In this document: positions 1 to 8,650 of the stretch, piece after piece
Layout: every line of letters starts with the position of its first letter
Position numbering within the stretch: the stretch's first letter is position 1
Notes under the pieces: model-generated
Told to the model about the DNA's origin: nothing
The model's input: the letters and a program-made list of their open reading frames with translations, nothing else
The model's database searches: none
Position numbers and translations under genes: made by a program
Sequence record: SRR20825006_808
DNA length: 34,050 nucleotides
Direction: 5' to 3' (one strand)

Positions 1-776
1 TATTCGGTGACGGCATGCCGGAACGCTTCGGCTTGGCGACCGGACGCGTAAACATCTCCGGCATTGTGGCATCCGTGGCATTCGCCGTTCTGGTGATCAT
101 CGGCGCTATCATGGCGTTTGATGTGCTGGCCATCGAGGCGATCTCCGCCCCGGCAAATGAGCTGCTGACCGACATTATCGGCATTATCCCGAATGTACTG
201 GCCGCTGGCGTGATCCTCGCAATCTTCGTGCTGATCGGCCGATTTGTTGCCAATCTGGTGCTGAAGACGCTGCCAGGTACAGGCGTGGATTCGGCTGTTT
301 CCGAACTTGGCCTGCTCAAGGGCGCAGATGGCGGGCTGACTGCCAGCACGGTAATTGCCCGGGTTGCGATGTTCCTGATCGTGCTGCTTGGTCTGGTGGC
401 TGCGCTGAACGCGCTGGGAATTGAGTCGCTGACCTATGCGATGAATGTTGTACTCGATATGGGCGTCCAGATCATCTTTGGCGCGCTGATCATCTTCGCA
501 GGCGTGTTCATTGCCAAGCTTGTGAGCTCGGCCATGGATTCCACTGGGGCAGGGGCAACGGATGTCACTGCACGCGTTATGAAATGGATCATCATCGTGC
601 TTGCCGTGATCCTCGGCATCTCCCGCATGGGCCTCGACCCTACGGGTGGCGTGTTCATTCTGGAAGTGGCCAAATGGATTGTCATCGGCGGTGCCGCAGC
701 CTTTGCCATCGCCTTTGGCTGGGGTGGCCGCGAATGGGCCGCCCGGATCCTCGAATCCTGGCGCAGCACACGCTAG
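1..776 (+). CDS. TM-helix repeat membrane protein (CmpX / mechanosensitive-channel N-terminal repeat family), 5'-truncated by the window
   Basis: Frame is open back to the window edge (F-G-D-G-M...). Repeated hydrophobic units such as IPNVLAAGVILAIFVLIGRFVANLV; C-terminal AIAFGWGGREWAARILE resembles CmpX-type termini; followed by a terminator. Confidence 0.7.
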   Translation, partial: FGDGMPERFGLATGRVNISGIVASVAFAVLVIIGAIMAFDVLAIEAISAPANELLTDIIGIIPNVLAAGVILAIFVLIGRFVANLVLKTLPGTGVDSAVSELGLLKGADGGLTASTVIARVAMFLIVLLGLVAALNALGIESLTYAMNVVLDMGVQIIFGALIIFAGVFIAKLVSSAMDSTGAGATDVTARVMKWIIIVLAVILGISRMGLDPTGGVFILEVAKWIVIGGAAAFAIAFGWGGREWAARILESWRSTR

Positions 777-798
777 ACAGCGCTCAACCCATAAAACA

Positions 799-827
799 GG
801 GGCCGCGCGAAAGGGCGGCCCTTTTTC
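799..827 (+). terminator. Rho-independent terminator
   Basis: GGGCCGC (800-806) / GCGGCCC (815-821) stem around a GAAA loop, followed by TTTTT, 23 nt after the stop at 776. Confidence 0.8.
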
Positions 828-927
828 ATGTCCATGTGGTCTGGAGGCGCTTCGTCGCAGCTGCTTTGTTGCGGTGGCGATTGGGGTCATATATGCGCAA
901 ACCTCTCGGCAACAGGGCATATTCCGC

Positions 928-1272
928 ATGACCACCTACACTTCCGATCAGCGACGTCACTCATCCGAGACGGCTGAAACCATGTCCGATGTTCGTTATG
1001 AGATCGACCGGATTGATCGTCTGCTCGTCGAAATCCTGGCAGAGCGCCAATCCTTCATGGATGCTGCGGCGCGTATCAAGCCGGACCGGTCGAAAGTGCA
1101 TGACAACGCGCGGATCGAAGATGTCGTGACAAAGGTTAAGGCTGCTTGCGAAGGCGCGGGCTTGTCGCCGGCCATTGCCGAGCCGGTCTGGCGGACCTTG
1201 ATTGACCGTTGCATTGCGTATGAGTTCGGCAGCTATGACGCGCGGCGTGGCGGCGACGACGTAAACTCGTAA
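928..1272 (+). CDS. Chorismate mutase type II (AroQ/PchB-like)
   Basis: ATG at 928 inside ORF 646..1272; motif MSDVRYEIDRIDRLLVEILAERQSFMDAAARIK...VHDNARIEDVV typical of CM_2; 114 aa. Confidence 0.85.
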   Translation: MTTYTSDQRRHSSETAETMSDVRYEIDRIDRLLVEILAERQSFMDAAARIKPDRSKVHDNARIEDVVTKVKAACEGAGLSPAIAEPVWRTLIDRCIAYEFGSYDARRGGDDVNS

Positions 1273-1613
1273 AGCACCTGGGCGACCTCTTCGAGCGTGT
1301 CCCCCAGCGCATCCTTGATATCGCTGATCATGACTGCAGCGGCCGTGACGCTGGGCGGGGTCTCTGACCGGCCGGCTTTTTCGGCTTTTTCACATTTCGA
1401 CGCCAACAGGATGGCACCAATACCAAGGCTGGCGCCCTTGAGCGTGTGGGCGGCGTCGGCCCATTGGCTCGCCTCGGCGTGCGGATCCAGCATACGTGAC
1501 CAGATTTCGGCCTGATGCCGGAAGATTTCGATGACTTCCACGGCGAGATCATTGTCGCCTCCGGTCATTGCTTTGAGGTGCTCGCGATCGAGTAAGGCAA
1601 AGGTCTCGGTCAT
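1233..1613 (-). CDS. Single-domain histidine phosphotransfer (Hpt) protein, ShpA-like
   Basis: LDREHLKAMTGGD N-terminus and AAHTLKGASLGIGA Hpt motif; 126 aa; GGGAGA RBS upstream. Confidence 0.85.
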   Translation of the reverse strand: MTETFALLDREHLKAMTGGDNDLAVEVIEIFRHQAEIWSRMLDPHAEASQWADAAHTLKGASLGIGAILLASKCEKAEKAGRSETPPSVTAAAVMISDIKDALGDTLEEVAQVLYEFTSSPPRRAS

Positions 1614-1800
1614 GTCAGGCGTCTCCCACAGAATTTGACCGTGACACGAGGCTGCTGCCCAATCGTTAATGATTTTAGCTTTTCAGAGAATCTTTGATCG
1701 GGCTGAATTTATCGATTGTCGAAAAGGCAAACTTGAATTATTATTCATCTGTGCCGAGTTTTGACGTGGCACAATTCGTATTTGGCTCTGGGGAATTGCG

Positions 1801-1944
1801 ATGTTGGATTTCGTCGTGTTGGTTCGTAATCTGGTTTTGGCAGCTGCTTTGGCGTGGCTGGGACTGGAATTTGCGCCGGAGCAGGATGACAATTCCGAAG
1901 CAGCCCGTCAGGACTCTGTGGTTACGGCCCTGCTGGCCCGTTAA
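1801..1944 (+). CDS. Small (47 aa) putative membrane or exported protein, not in the ORF track
   Basis: MLDFVVLVRNLVLAAALAWLGLEFAPEQDDNSEAARQDSVVTALLAR*; GGGGAA RBS 5 nt upstream; hydrophobic N-terminal half and acidic tail; fills an otherwise empty intergenic gap. Confidence 0.55.
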   Translation: MLDFVVLVRNLVLAAALAWLGLEFAPEQDDNSEAARQDSVVTALLAR

Positions 1945-2021
1945 CGCATTCGGCCTTCCAAACCTAGAAATGCACACATTCTGGTCTCGCGCCGGTCGAA
2001 TTGTCGCGGTATACTCCGGCT

Positions 2022-4139
2022 ATGACCGAGCCGTCTGCCGCTCGCCCGTCTGGCCGCGATCTGCTTGTCAGGCAAGAGGCGTCTGAAAACTTCGAGCTCG
2101 CCCGCAGTGGTGGCAGCTGGATGGTTGTGACCGGTTTTGTCGTTGCAATTTTCTGGATATTCGGCGCGGCTGCGATGGCAGTTGGCCTTTGGGGTGTTGA
2201 TGGCCTGAAGGAGTTACAACCATTGGTCTTGGTCGGCGGAGCCATGGCATTGGTCGTCCCGGCGCTGCTGATGATCATGGCGGGCTATATGGGGCGCACC
2301 AATCGTCGCTCTTCTGCTTCGAATGCGCTGGTGATGGAAGCCGCCGTTCGCCTGATGGCTCCGGCGCGTGAAGCTGGCACCGAGGGCATCACTTTTGCCG
2401 AACAGATGAAACAGGCCGCAGCTGAAGTGGATCGCGCCATGGCGCATGCGCTGTCAGCGATGAAGGCCATGGCGGGAGAGATCGGAGACGAGCGCCTGCG
2501 GTTGGAATCGGTGGCTTATGCCAGCGCGGACAATGCCCGCGACCTGACCGAACGGCTTGGCCAGGAAAGACAGGCTCTGGAAGGACTCGCCCGAGACCTG
2601 CGCACGCATATGCAATCTCTGAACGAAGCCATCCCGCGACAGGCCCAGATGATGGTGAGTGCCACGCGGGAAGCCAGCGAAGAGGTTTCCCGCGCCGATG
2701 AAGCGCTGGCGCGCCGTCTGGAAGCCATGCAGGTGGCGGGTCGCACATTGTCTGAGAAGCTGATCGAGCTGGATGCGCTCGCAGGTGATGCTGCCACGCG
2801 CACCGAAACGCTTACCTTTGCGGTCACACGCGTCGAGGAAAAGCTCGACCAGTCCCGCCGCACGGTAGACGCTGCTGTGCGGGCAGGGGAGATCGCTGCA
2901 GCTGCCGCAATGACAACCGGCGACGCCTTGAAAGACGCCGTATCTTCAGCCCTGGATGGTGCTCGCCGGGCGAACAACGAAATCAATACTTCTACGCGCG
3001 AGGCCGCCGAAAACGCGGCGCGCGCATTGGCCCGGCTGCGCGAAGCCGGCGAGGAAGCTGCCGCAGCTATCCGCTCGGCGGAGTATGCCGCCAAGGCCGA
3101 CACGGTCCGAATGGACCGCAAGACACGTGAAGCTGCGTCTCTGGCGTTGGCAAGGGATGATCTTGCGAAACCGGTCGTGCCTGAGCGCGCGCCTGAGCCG
3201 GAGCCGAAACCCAGCATCATTCCCGCTTCCGCACACCAGTCCGACGAGCTCCACGACGATGACGGTCTACATGATGACGAAGCGTTCGAGCCAATGCCTG
3301 TCCGCAATGGCAATGGGCATACGAATGGTTTCCATCTTGAGGACCGCAACGGCCACACGCCAGAAATGCCTGAGACCCCCGTCGCGCCAAAACCCAAGCC
3401 TGCGCCACGTGCCAGCATGGATGACGAACTGTTCGATGCGGCGGCCGACGCCTTGGCCAGCGCTGCGCTGACGGACAAGCCGGACAACAAGCCGGACACA
3501 TCGGCGCAGGACGACACCTGGGATCTGAGCCGCGCCCTCGAAGAGAAGGCACCTGAACCGGTGACGCAGCCCCTCCGCCGCCGCCATGATGACACACCCG
3601 CCGTTACTGAAAGCCCATTCGATGAAACGCCGCGCCGGCGCGCAACAGACTTGGTTCCTGACGAATCTGATATTCTGGAGCCCGAGCCAGTAGACGAGCC
3701 GATGCCGCTCGTACCTGTGCGGTCGTCCTCGCCGTCATCGGGTGCGGAAATGGGCTGGCGCGACATCATTTCGGATATGAGCCGCGAGGACAAACCCCTG
3801 CGCGACCGTGAAGATGTCGCCGACGAACTGATCGACCGGCTGCAGACGTCCGGTATCGTCCTGCCCGAGGCAATCCGCCCGAAAGCCAAACGCAAGATTG
3901 CCGAAGCCGCCCGGCGCGGCGACAAGGAGCGCAAGTCTGCAATCCTGTCCCAGGCGGGTCGCCAGGTGGAGCGCGTCACACAACGCCTGCGCAATGACCG
4001 CGACCTGATGGATCTGGCGCGGGACTTCCTCGATATGGAAGCTGACGACGCGTTGCACGCGCTGGAGCAAACGCAGAAGACTGGCCGCAATGCCAGCGCC
4101 CGGCTTGCCGCTTATCTGCTGCTTGATGCGGCACTCTGA
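2022..4139 (+). CDS. TipN-like polar landmark protein (two N-terminal TM helices, long coiled coil, acidic Pro-rich linker, conserved C-terminal domain)
   Basis: ATG at 2022; TM segments WMVVTGFVVAIFWIFGAAAMAVGLW and PLVLVGGAMALVVPALLMIMAGYM; about 270 aa Ala/Glu/Arg coiled coil; ends AYLLLDAAL, as I recall for TipN-family C-termini. Confidence 0.65.
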   Translation: MTEPSAARPSGRDLLVRQEASENFELARSGGSWMVVTGFVVAIFWIFGAAAMAVGLWGVDGLKELQPLVLVGGAMALVVPALLMIMAGYMGRTNRRSSASNALVMEAAVRLMAPAREAGTEGITFAEQMKQAAAEVDRAMAHALSAMKAMAGEIGDERLRLESVAYASADNARDLTERLGQERQALEGLARDLRTHMQSLNEAIPRQAQMMVSATREASEEVSRADEALARRLEAMQVAGRTLSEKLIELDALAGDAATRTETLTFAVTRVEEKLDQSRRTVDAAVRAGEIAAAAAMTTGDALKDAVSSALDGARRANNEINTSTREAAENAARALARLREAGEEAAAAIRSAEYAAKADTVRMDRKTREAASLALARDDLAKPVVPERAPEPEPKPSIIPASAHQSDELHDDDGLHDDEAFEPMPVRNGNGHTNGFHLEDRNGHTPEMPETPVAPKPKPAPRASMDDELFDAAADALASAALTDKPDNKPDTSAQDDTWDLSRALEEKAPEPVTQPLRRRHDDTPAVTESPFDETPRRRATDLVPDESDILEPEPVDEPMPLVPVRSSSPSSGAEMGWRDIISDMSREDKPLRDREDVADELIDRLQTSGIVLPEAIRPKAKRKIAEAARRGDKERKSAILSQAGRQVERVTQRLRNDRDLMDLARDFLDMEADDALHALEQTQKTGRNASARLAAYLLLDAAL

Positions 4140-5033
4140 TCAGCCGCCAAGCAATACAATCCCAATCACACCCGAAGCCACGAGCAGGATACCTGCCAGT
4201 TCGCGCGCCGTGATGCGCTCGCGAAAGACCACATGTGATGCAATCAGGGTAAACAGGATTTCGACCTGACCGACAGCCTTTACGCTGGCAGCGTCCTTGA
4301 GCGTGAACGCCATGACCCATGCCATTGATCCGAGGAAGCCGATCAGGCCAACCCATCCGGCTTGTCGCCATGCCCCGAACAGCTTGGCGACCTGGCCGGG
4401 CTCGCGCAGTCCGAGCCAGCCGAGCAACATGACCGACTGGATTATCGTGACGAAGGCGAGCGTGGTTGTGGTGCTGAGCAGCAGGCCGACCTCGCCAAGC
4501 GACAAGGATGCGCCGCGAAGCGACACGGACGATACGGCGAAACAGGCTCCCGACAACAGCCCGATCCAGAGCGAACCGTCCGGCGTCCATTTGTGCCCGT
4601 CAGCTCTGGAAAGCGAGATCAGGATGATCCCCAAAATGCTGGCAATGATCGCCAGAAGGGCGGGCAAGGTGAGCGTATCGCCGAGCAGGATAATGCCGAC
4701 GAGCGCAGCCTGAACAGGTTCGGTCTTGGTAAAGGCCGTGGCAGCCGCGAAATTGGCCTTGGAGAACAGATGGATCAGTAGTCCGGTCGCGAGCACCTGA
4801 CTGATTCCGCCTATAATCGTATAAGCAAAGAAGGCAGCGGGCGGCGCGGGCAGGGGCGTGCCCCGCCCGATGGTCAACACCGCCAGCAGGCCGACTGCCA
4901 GCGGCGCTGCATAGACGAAACGTGAGGCCGTCGCGCCCCATGTGCTCAGCGTCTGCTTCAGCTGTTTCTGAAGCGCTGAGCGACCATTCTGGCAGAATGC
5001 AGCCGCCAGCGTCATGGGAATCCAGAGATCCAT
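4140..5033 (-). CDS. DMT/EamA family transporter
   Basis: 297 aa, about 10 TM helices in two repeats (FTKTEPVQAALVGIILLGD; VGQVEILFTLIASHVVFRE). Confidence 0.85.
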   Translation of the reverse strand: MDLWIPMTLAAAFCQNGRSALQKQLKQTLSTWGATASRFVYAAPLAVGLLAVLTIGRGTPLPAPPAAFFAYTIIGGISQVLATGLLIHLFSKANFAAATAFTKTEPVQAALVGIILLGDTLTLPALLAIIASILGIILISLSRADGHKWTPDGSLWIGLLSGACFAVSSVSLRGASLSLGEVGLLLSTTTTLAFVTIIQSVMLLGWLGLREPGQVAKLFGAWRQAGWVGLIGFLGSMAWVMAFTLKDAASVKAVGQVEILFTLIASHVVFRERITARELAGILLVASGVIGIVLLGG

Positions 5034-5066
5034 GCAGCAATACTCTTTGAGAGAAGACGGGGCTTG

Positions 5067-6608
5067 CTAGGCGGCCTGCGACCGCTTCGCTTTGCGCGCT
5101 TCCAACTTGTTCACGGCGTGGAGGTAGGCTTTTGCACTCGCGACAAGCGTGTCCGGATCCGAGGAACGACCGGTCGACATGATGCCGTCGCTGTTGAGAC
5201 GAACAGACACGGTCGCCTGGGCATCGGTGCCGCCAGTGACGGCGTGGACCTGATAAAGCTCCAGCTTGCCTTCATGCGGCACGATCTCGCGAATGGCGTT
5301 GAACACCGCATCCACTGGGCCATTACCGCGGGCGATGGCGAATTTCTCTTCGCCGTCCACAACGAGATCAATCTCGGCCGTTTGAGGGGCGTCTGTTCCT
5401 GCAACCACACGCAACCGCTTGAACGCGATCCGTTCGCCTTCTGCAGCCAACTGGTCATCGACCAGTGCGATAATGTCATCATCGAAGACGTGCTTCTTGC
5501 GGTCGGCAAGGGCCTTGAAGCGCTTGAACGCATCATTCAAGGGATCGCCTTCCATCGTGTATCCGAGCGCTTCCAGCTTGTCGCGGAAGGCGTGACGACC
5601 GGAATGCTTGCCCATGACCAGTGATGTCTTGGCAACGCCGACATCTTCGGGCCGCATGATTTCATAGGTCTCGGCATTCTTCAGCATGCCATCCTGATGG
5701 ATGCCGCTTTCATGCGCGAAGGCGTTCTTGCCCACGATCGCCTTGTTGTACTGGACCGGGAAGCCGGTGATGCGGCTGACCATGGCAGAGGCACGGGAGA
5801 GATAGGCGGGTTTGATGTCGGTCTCGAAGGGCAGCGTATCGCTGCGCACTTTCATGGCCATGACAATCTCTTCCAGCGCGGCATTGCCGGCACGTTCGCC
5901 GAGACCGTTGATGGCGCATTCCACCTGACGCGCGCCATTGGCGACGGCTTTGATAGAGTTCGCGACAGCCAAGCCAAGGTCATTGTGGCAGTGGGCCGAC
6001 CAGATAACCTTGTCAGAGTTCGGGATTGTCTCGATCACACGGCGGAACAGGGCGCCATACTCATCCGGATGTGAGTATCCGACCGTGTCAGGCAGGTTGA
6101 TTGTGGTTGCACCGCTGGCAATGGCCACGTCGATACATTTGCACAGGAAGTCGAAATCGGTGCGCGTGGCGTCTTCGGCGCTCCATTCAACATCGTCAGT
6201 ATGGTTGCGGGCCTGGGCGACCGAGCGGCCTACCGCTTCGAGCACGGCATTCGGCCCCATTTTCAGCTTGTGCTTCATATGGACCGGGCTGGTCGAGATG
6301 AAGGTGTGAATGCGTGGGCGGGCCGATTTCTTCACGGCTTCGGCGCAGCGCTCGATATCGTTCGGCGTCGAACGGGCGAGGCCGCAGATGATGGCTGACT
6401 TCGACTGTTCGGCAATGGCGCTGACGGCGGCGAAGTCGCCTTCGGAGGCGGCAGGAAAACCGGCTTCGATCACATCGACACCCATGGTTTCCATCAACTC
6501 GGCGAGTTCGAGCTTTTCATTATGGGTCATGGACGCGCCGGGTGATTGCTCACCGTCGCGCAGGGTCGTGTCGAAGATACGGATATGAGGATTGGATGAC
6601 GTGGACAT
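5067..6608 (-). CDS. leuA: 2-isopropylmalate synthase
   Basis: IFDTTLRDGEQSPG, HCHNDLGLAVAN, GERAGNA, HESGIHQDG motifs and C-terminal regulatory domain (GNGPVDA). Confidence 0.97.
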   Translation of the reverse strand: MSTSSNPHIRIFDTTLRDGEQSPGASMTHNEKLELAELMETMGVDVIEAGFPAASEGDFAAVSAIAEQSKSAIICGLARSTPNDIERCAEAVKKSARPRIHTFISTSPVHMKHKLKMGPNAVLEAVGRSVAQARNHTDDVEWSAEDATRTDFDFLCKCIDVAIASGATTINLPDTVGYSHPDEYGALFRRVIETIPNSDKVIWSAHCHNDLGLAVANSIKAVANGARQVECAINGLGERAGNAALEEIVMAMKVRSDTLPFETDIKPAYLSRASAMVSRITGFPVQYNKAIVGKNAFAHESGIHQDGMLKNAETYEIMRPEDVGVAKTSLVMGKHSGRHAFRDKLEALGYTMEGDPLNDAFKRFKALADRKKHVFDDDIIALVDDQLAAEGERIAFKRLRVVAGTDAPQTAEIDLVVDGEEKFAIARGNGPVDAVFNAIREIVPHEGKLELYQVHAVTGGTDAQATVSVRLNSDGIMSTGRSSDPDTLVASAKAYLHAVNKLEARKAKRSQAA

Positions 6609-6653
6609 TTTGGAGCTACCGGGTCTGGGAATGGGAAATAAGGCTGGTGATCA

Positions 6654-6707
6654 CCCCTGACCGCGCGGCTGCCCTGGCTGACCTAGGCAGACATCACCGG
6701 CCAGGGG
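6654..6707 (-). promoter_or_regulatory. leuA leader RNA structure (alternative helices, attenuator-like)
   Basis: mRNA CCCCUGGCCG (6707-6698) can pair with CGGUCAGGGG (6663-6654; 10 bp, one G-U) or alternatively with GCCAGGG (6678-6672); the 5' strand begins just after the Leu codons. Confidence 0.6.
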
Positions 6708-6745
6708 CCGGTAAGCAGTAGCTGAAGAGGCATTTTATTCCACAT
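6683..6745 (-). CDS. Putative leuA leader peptide MWNKMPLQLLLTGPWPVMSA (alternative start 6733)
   Basis: 20-codon ORF ending 74 nt upstream of leuA, with CTT-CAG-CTA-CTG-CTT (four Leu in five codons, including rare CTA). Confidence 0.7.
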   Translation of the reverse strand: MWNKMPLQLLLTGPWPVMSA

Positions 6746-6761
6746 GGGGTGTTACATCGGC

Positions 6762-7505
6762 CTATGGGGCGGCGGTGTCAACCTCGTTTTGCGGGATCAG
6801 GGCAACAGATTGCCCGGTTTTGCGCATTCGGGCACGGGCATAGGCGGCGATGGCAATATAAACGCCGACGGCGGCAGCGGCCGCTGCAATAGCAACGAGT
6901 GGATTCCCCGTGAAGGCAGCAAGCAGGCTTTGACCGGCGAAGGCGATCAGGGCGATCTTGGGAATGATCCCCACCCCCATGCCGGCCCAGTAATGGAGAA
7001 ATTTCGCATGACTCACGCCGAAAGCCATATTGACCAGCAGGGCAGGGCCCGCAGGCACATTGCGTACGATCGCGCTCGTCATCATGGCATTGCGACCAAC
7101 GAACGTGGATAGCTTGTTGGCGGTTTCACCCGCATACCGGCGAAACGCTTTTTCGCCTGCAAGGCGCCCGGCATAGAAGGTGGCGGCGCCTGCCACCATG
7201 TTGGCGATCCAACCAAACATCGCGCCGAGCCAGGGGCCAAACATGGCAATCGCGATGGCCAGCAATGCAAATTGGGGAATGCCGAGAAAGGCGCCGACCA
7301 CAAATAGCAGGATCAAAGCTGGCAGGGCCCACGGGCTGGAGGCGATATCCTGCATGAGGGCCTGCAAGGTGGCGATGTCCAGCAGATTGGTCGTCTTGCC
7401 GATTGCGAACAGCAAGATGATTACAGCCAGCGCGATACCTCCAATGATGGCGCCGCGACGGGCATTGGCATCCAGGACTTTCTTGGGGGCGGGCCGAGTA
7501 TCCAT
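6762..7505 (-). CDS. TVP38/TMEM64 (VTT/DedA superfamily) membrane protein
   Basis: GAFLGIPQFALLAIAIAMFGPWLG, ATFYAGRLAG, AIVRNVPAGPALLVNMAFG motifs of the SNARE-associated/DedA fold. Confidence 0.85.
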   Translation of the reverse strand: MDTRPAPKKVLDANARRGAIIGGIALAVIILLFAIGKTTNLLDIATLQALMQDIASSPWALPALILLFVVGAFLGIPQFALLAIAIAMFGPWLGAMFGWIANMVAGAATFYAGRLAGEKAFRRYAGETANKLSTFVGRNAMMTSAIVRNVPAGPALLVNMAFGVSHAKFLHYWAGMGVGIIPKIALIAFAGQSLLAAFTGNPLVAIAAAAAAVGVYIAIAAYARARMRKTGQSVALIPQNEVDTAAP

Positions 7506-7645
7506 GACAGGGGGCTTTCAAGCTCGAGCCGATTTACGTCAATCCGCCGCCTGCCGCAAAGTTAATTTCAGCAGTGGTTGATCCCGTTGGTCCCCCCGGA
7601 TACGTACTCCGCCGAACTCTAGTGTCGCTTAAAAGGATTCCGCGC

Positions 7646-8647
7646 ATGACAGACCTCTCCCCTCGCCATGACTGGACCCGAGATGATATCGCGAAACTCT
7701 ACGCCTTGCCGTTGGACACGCTGATGGCGCACGCATTGACGGTGAAGCAGGCCAACTGGCCGGATGGGAAAGTTCAGAAGTCTCAACTGCTATCGATCAA
7801 GACGGGCGGCTGTGCTGAGGATTGCGGCTATTGCAGCCAGTCAGCCCATTTCGATACCGGGCTCGATGCCTCGAAACTGATGCCGCTCGATGAGGTGGTC
7901 ACCGCCGCGCGCAGAGCCAAGGAAAATGGCGCGGACCGGTTCTGCATGGGAGCGGCCTGGCGCAGCCTGAAGGATCGCGATGTCCCCAAAGTTGCCGCCA
8001 TGATCGAAGCCGTGAAGGCCGAAGGGCTGGAAACCTGCGTCACGCTGGGCATGCTGGATGACGGCCAAGCCGAAGCGCTGAAATCGGCCGGGCTCGATTA
8101 CTACAATCACAACCTGGACACTTCACCGGAATATTACGGCAAGGTCGTCTCCACTCGCACCTATGATGATCGGCTTGAAACGCTGGGGCGTGCGCGAACG
8201 GCTGGCCTGAAGCTCTGTTGTGGTGGCATTCTGGGAATGGGTGAAAGCCGAGAGGACCGGATTGGCCTGATCCATGAATTATCCAAACTGACGCCGCACC
8301 CGGAAAGCGTTCCGGTGAACATGCTGGTGCCGATTGAAGGCACGCCGCTCGGCTACAGTCCGGCCATTTCGGTCATCGAGATGGCGCGGGCCATTGCCGT
8401 CTGCCGGGTCGTGTTTCCACAAAGCTGGGTACGTCTGTCCGCGGGCCGCGAAGGCATGACGGAAGAGGGGCAGGCACTCTGCCTGCTGGCGGGTGCGAAC
8501 TCGATTTTTGTCGGCGACCGCCTTCTGACAACCGACAATCCGGAAATCGACGAGGATGATGCGCTGATGGGTCAGATGGGCCTGGAGGCCGCCGGCCGGG
8601 CAGAAATGGAAGCCCCGGCGCGGCGGACCACGCTGATCGGCGGCTGA
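7646..8647 (+). CDS. bioB: Biotin synthase (radical SAM)
   Basis: ATG 7646 after AAAAGGA; SIKTGGCAEDCGYCSQS (CxxxCxxC), RFCMGAAW, YYNHNLDTS, LCCGGILG, VRLSAGR. Confidence 0.97.
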   Translation: MTDLSPRHDWTRDDIAKLYALPLDTLMAHALTVKQANWPDGKVQKSQLLSIKTGGCAEDCGYCSQSAHFDTGLDASKLMPLDEVVTAARRAKENGADRFCMGAAWRSLKDRDVPKVAAMIEAVKAEGLETCVTLGMLDDGQAEALKSAGLDYYNHNLDTSPEYYGKVVSTRTYDDRLETLGRARTAGLKLCCGGILGMGESREDRIGLIHELSKLTPHPESVPVNMLVPIEGTPLGYSPAISVIEMARAIAVCRVVFPQSWVRLSAGREGMTEEGQALCLLAGANSIFVGDRLLTTDNPEIDEDDALMGQMGLEAAGRAEMEAPARRTTLIGG

Positions 8648-8650
8648 TCC

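Noticed and set aside
646..927. N-terminal extension of the chorismate mutase ORF (208 aa in the track)
   Set aside because: It overlaps the upstream gene and crosses its terminator; the domain begins after ATG 928.
1683..2086. ORFs 1694..2086(+), 1683..1892(-), 1741..1977(-)
   Set aside because: No recognisable features or RBS; the 1801..1944 frame has a better RBS and protein-like composition.
2516..4090. 524-aa antisense ORF opposite the TipN-like gene
   Set aside because: Ser/Arg/Ala-rich shadow frame typical of GC-rich coding DNA; no domain signal.
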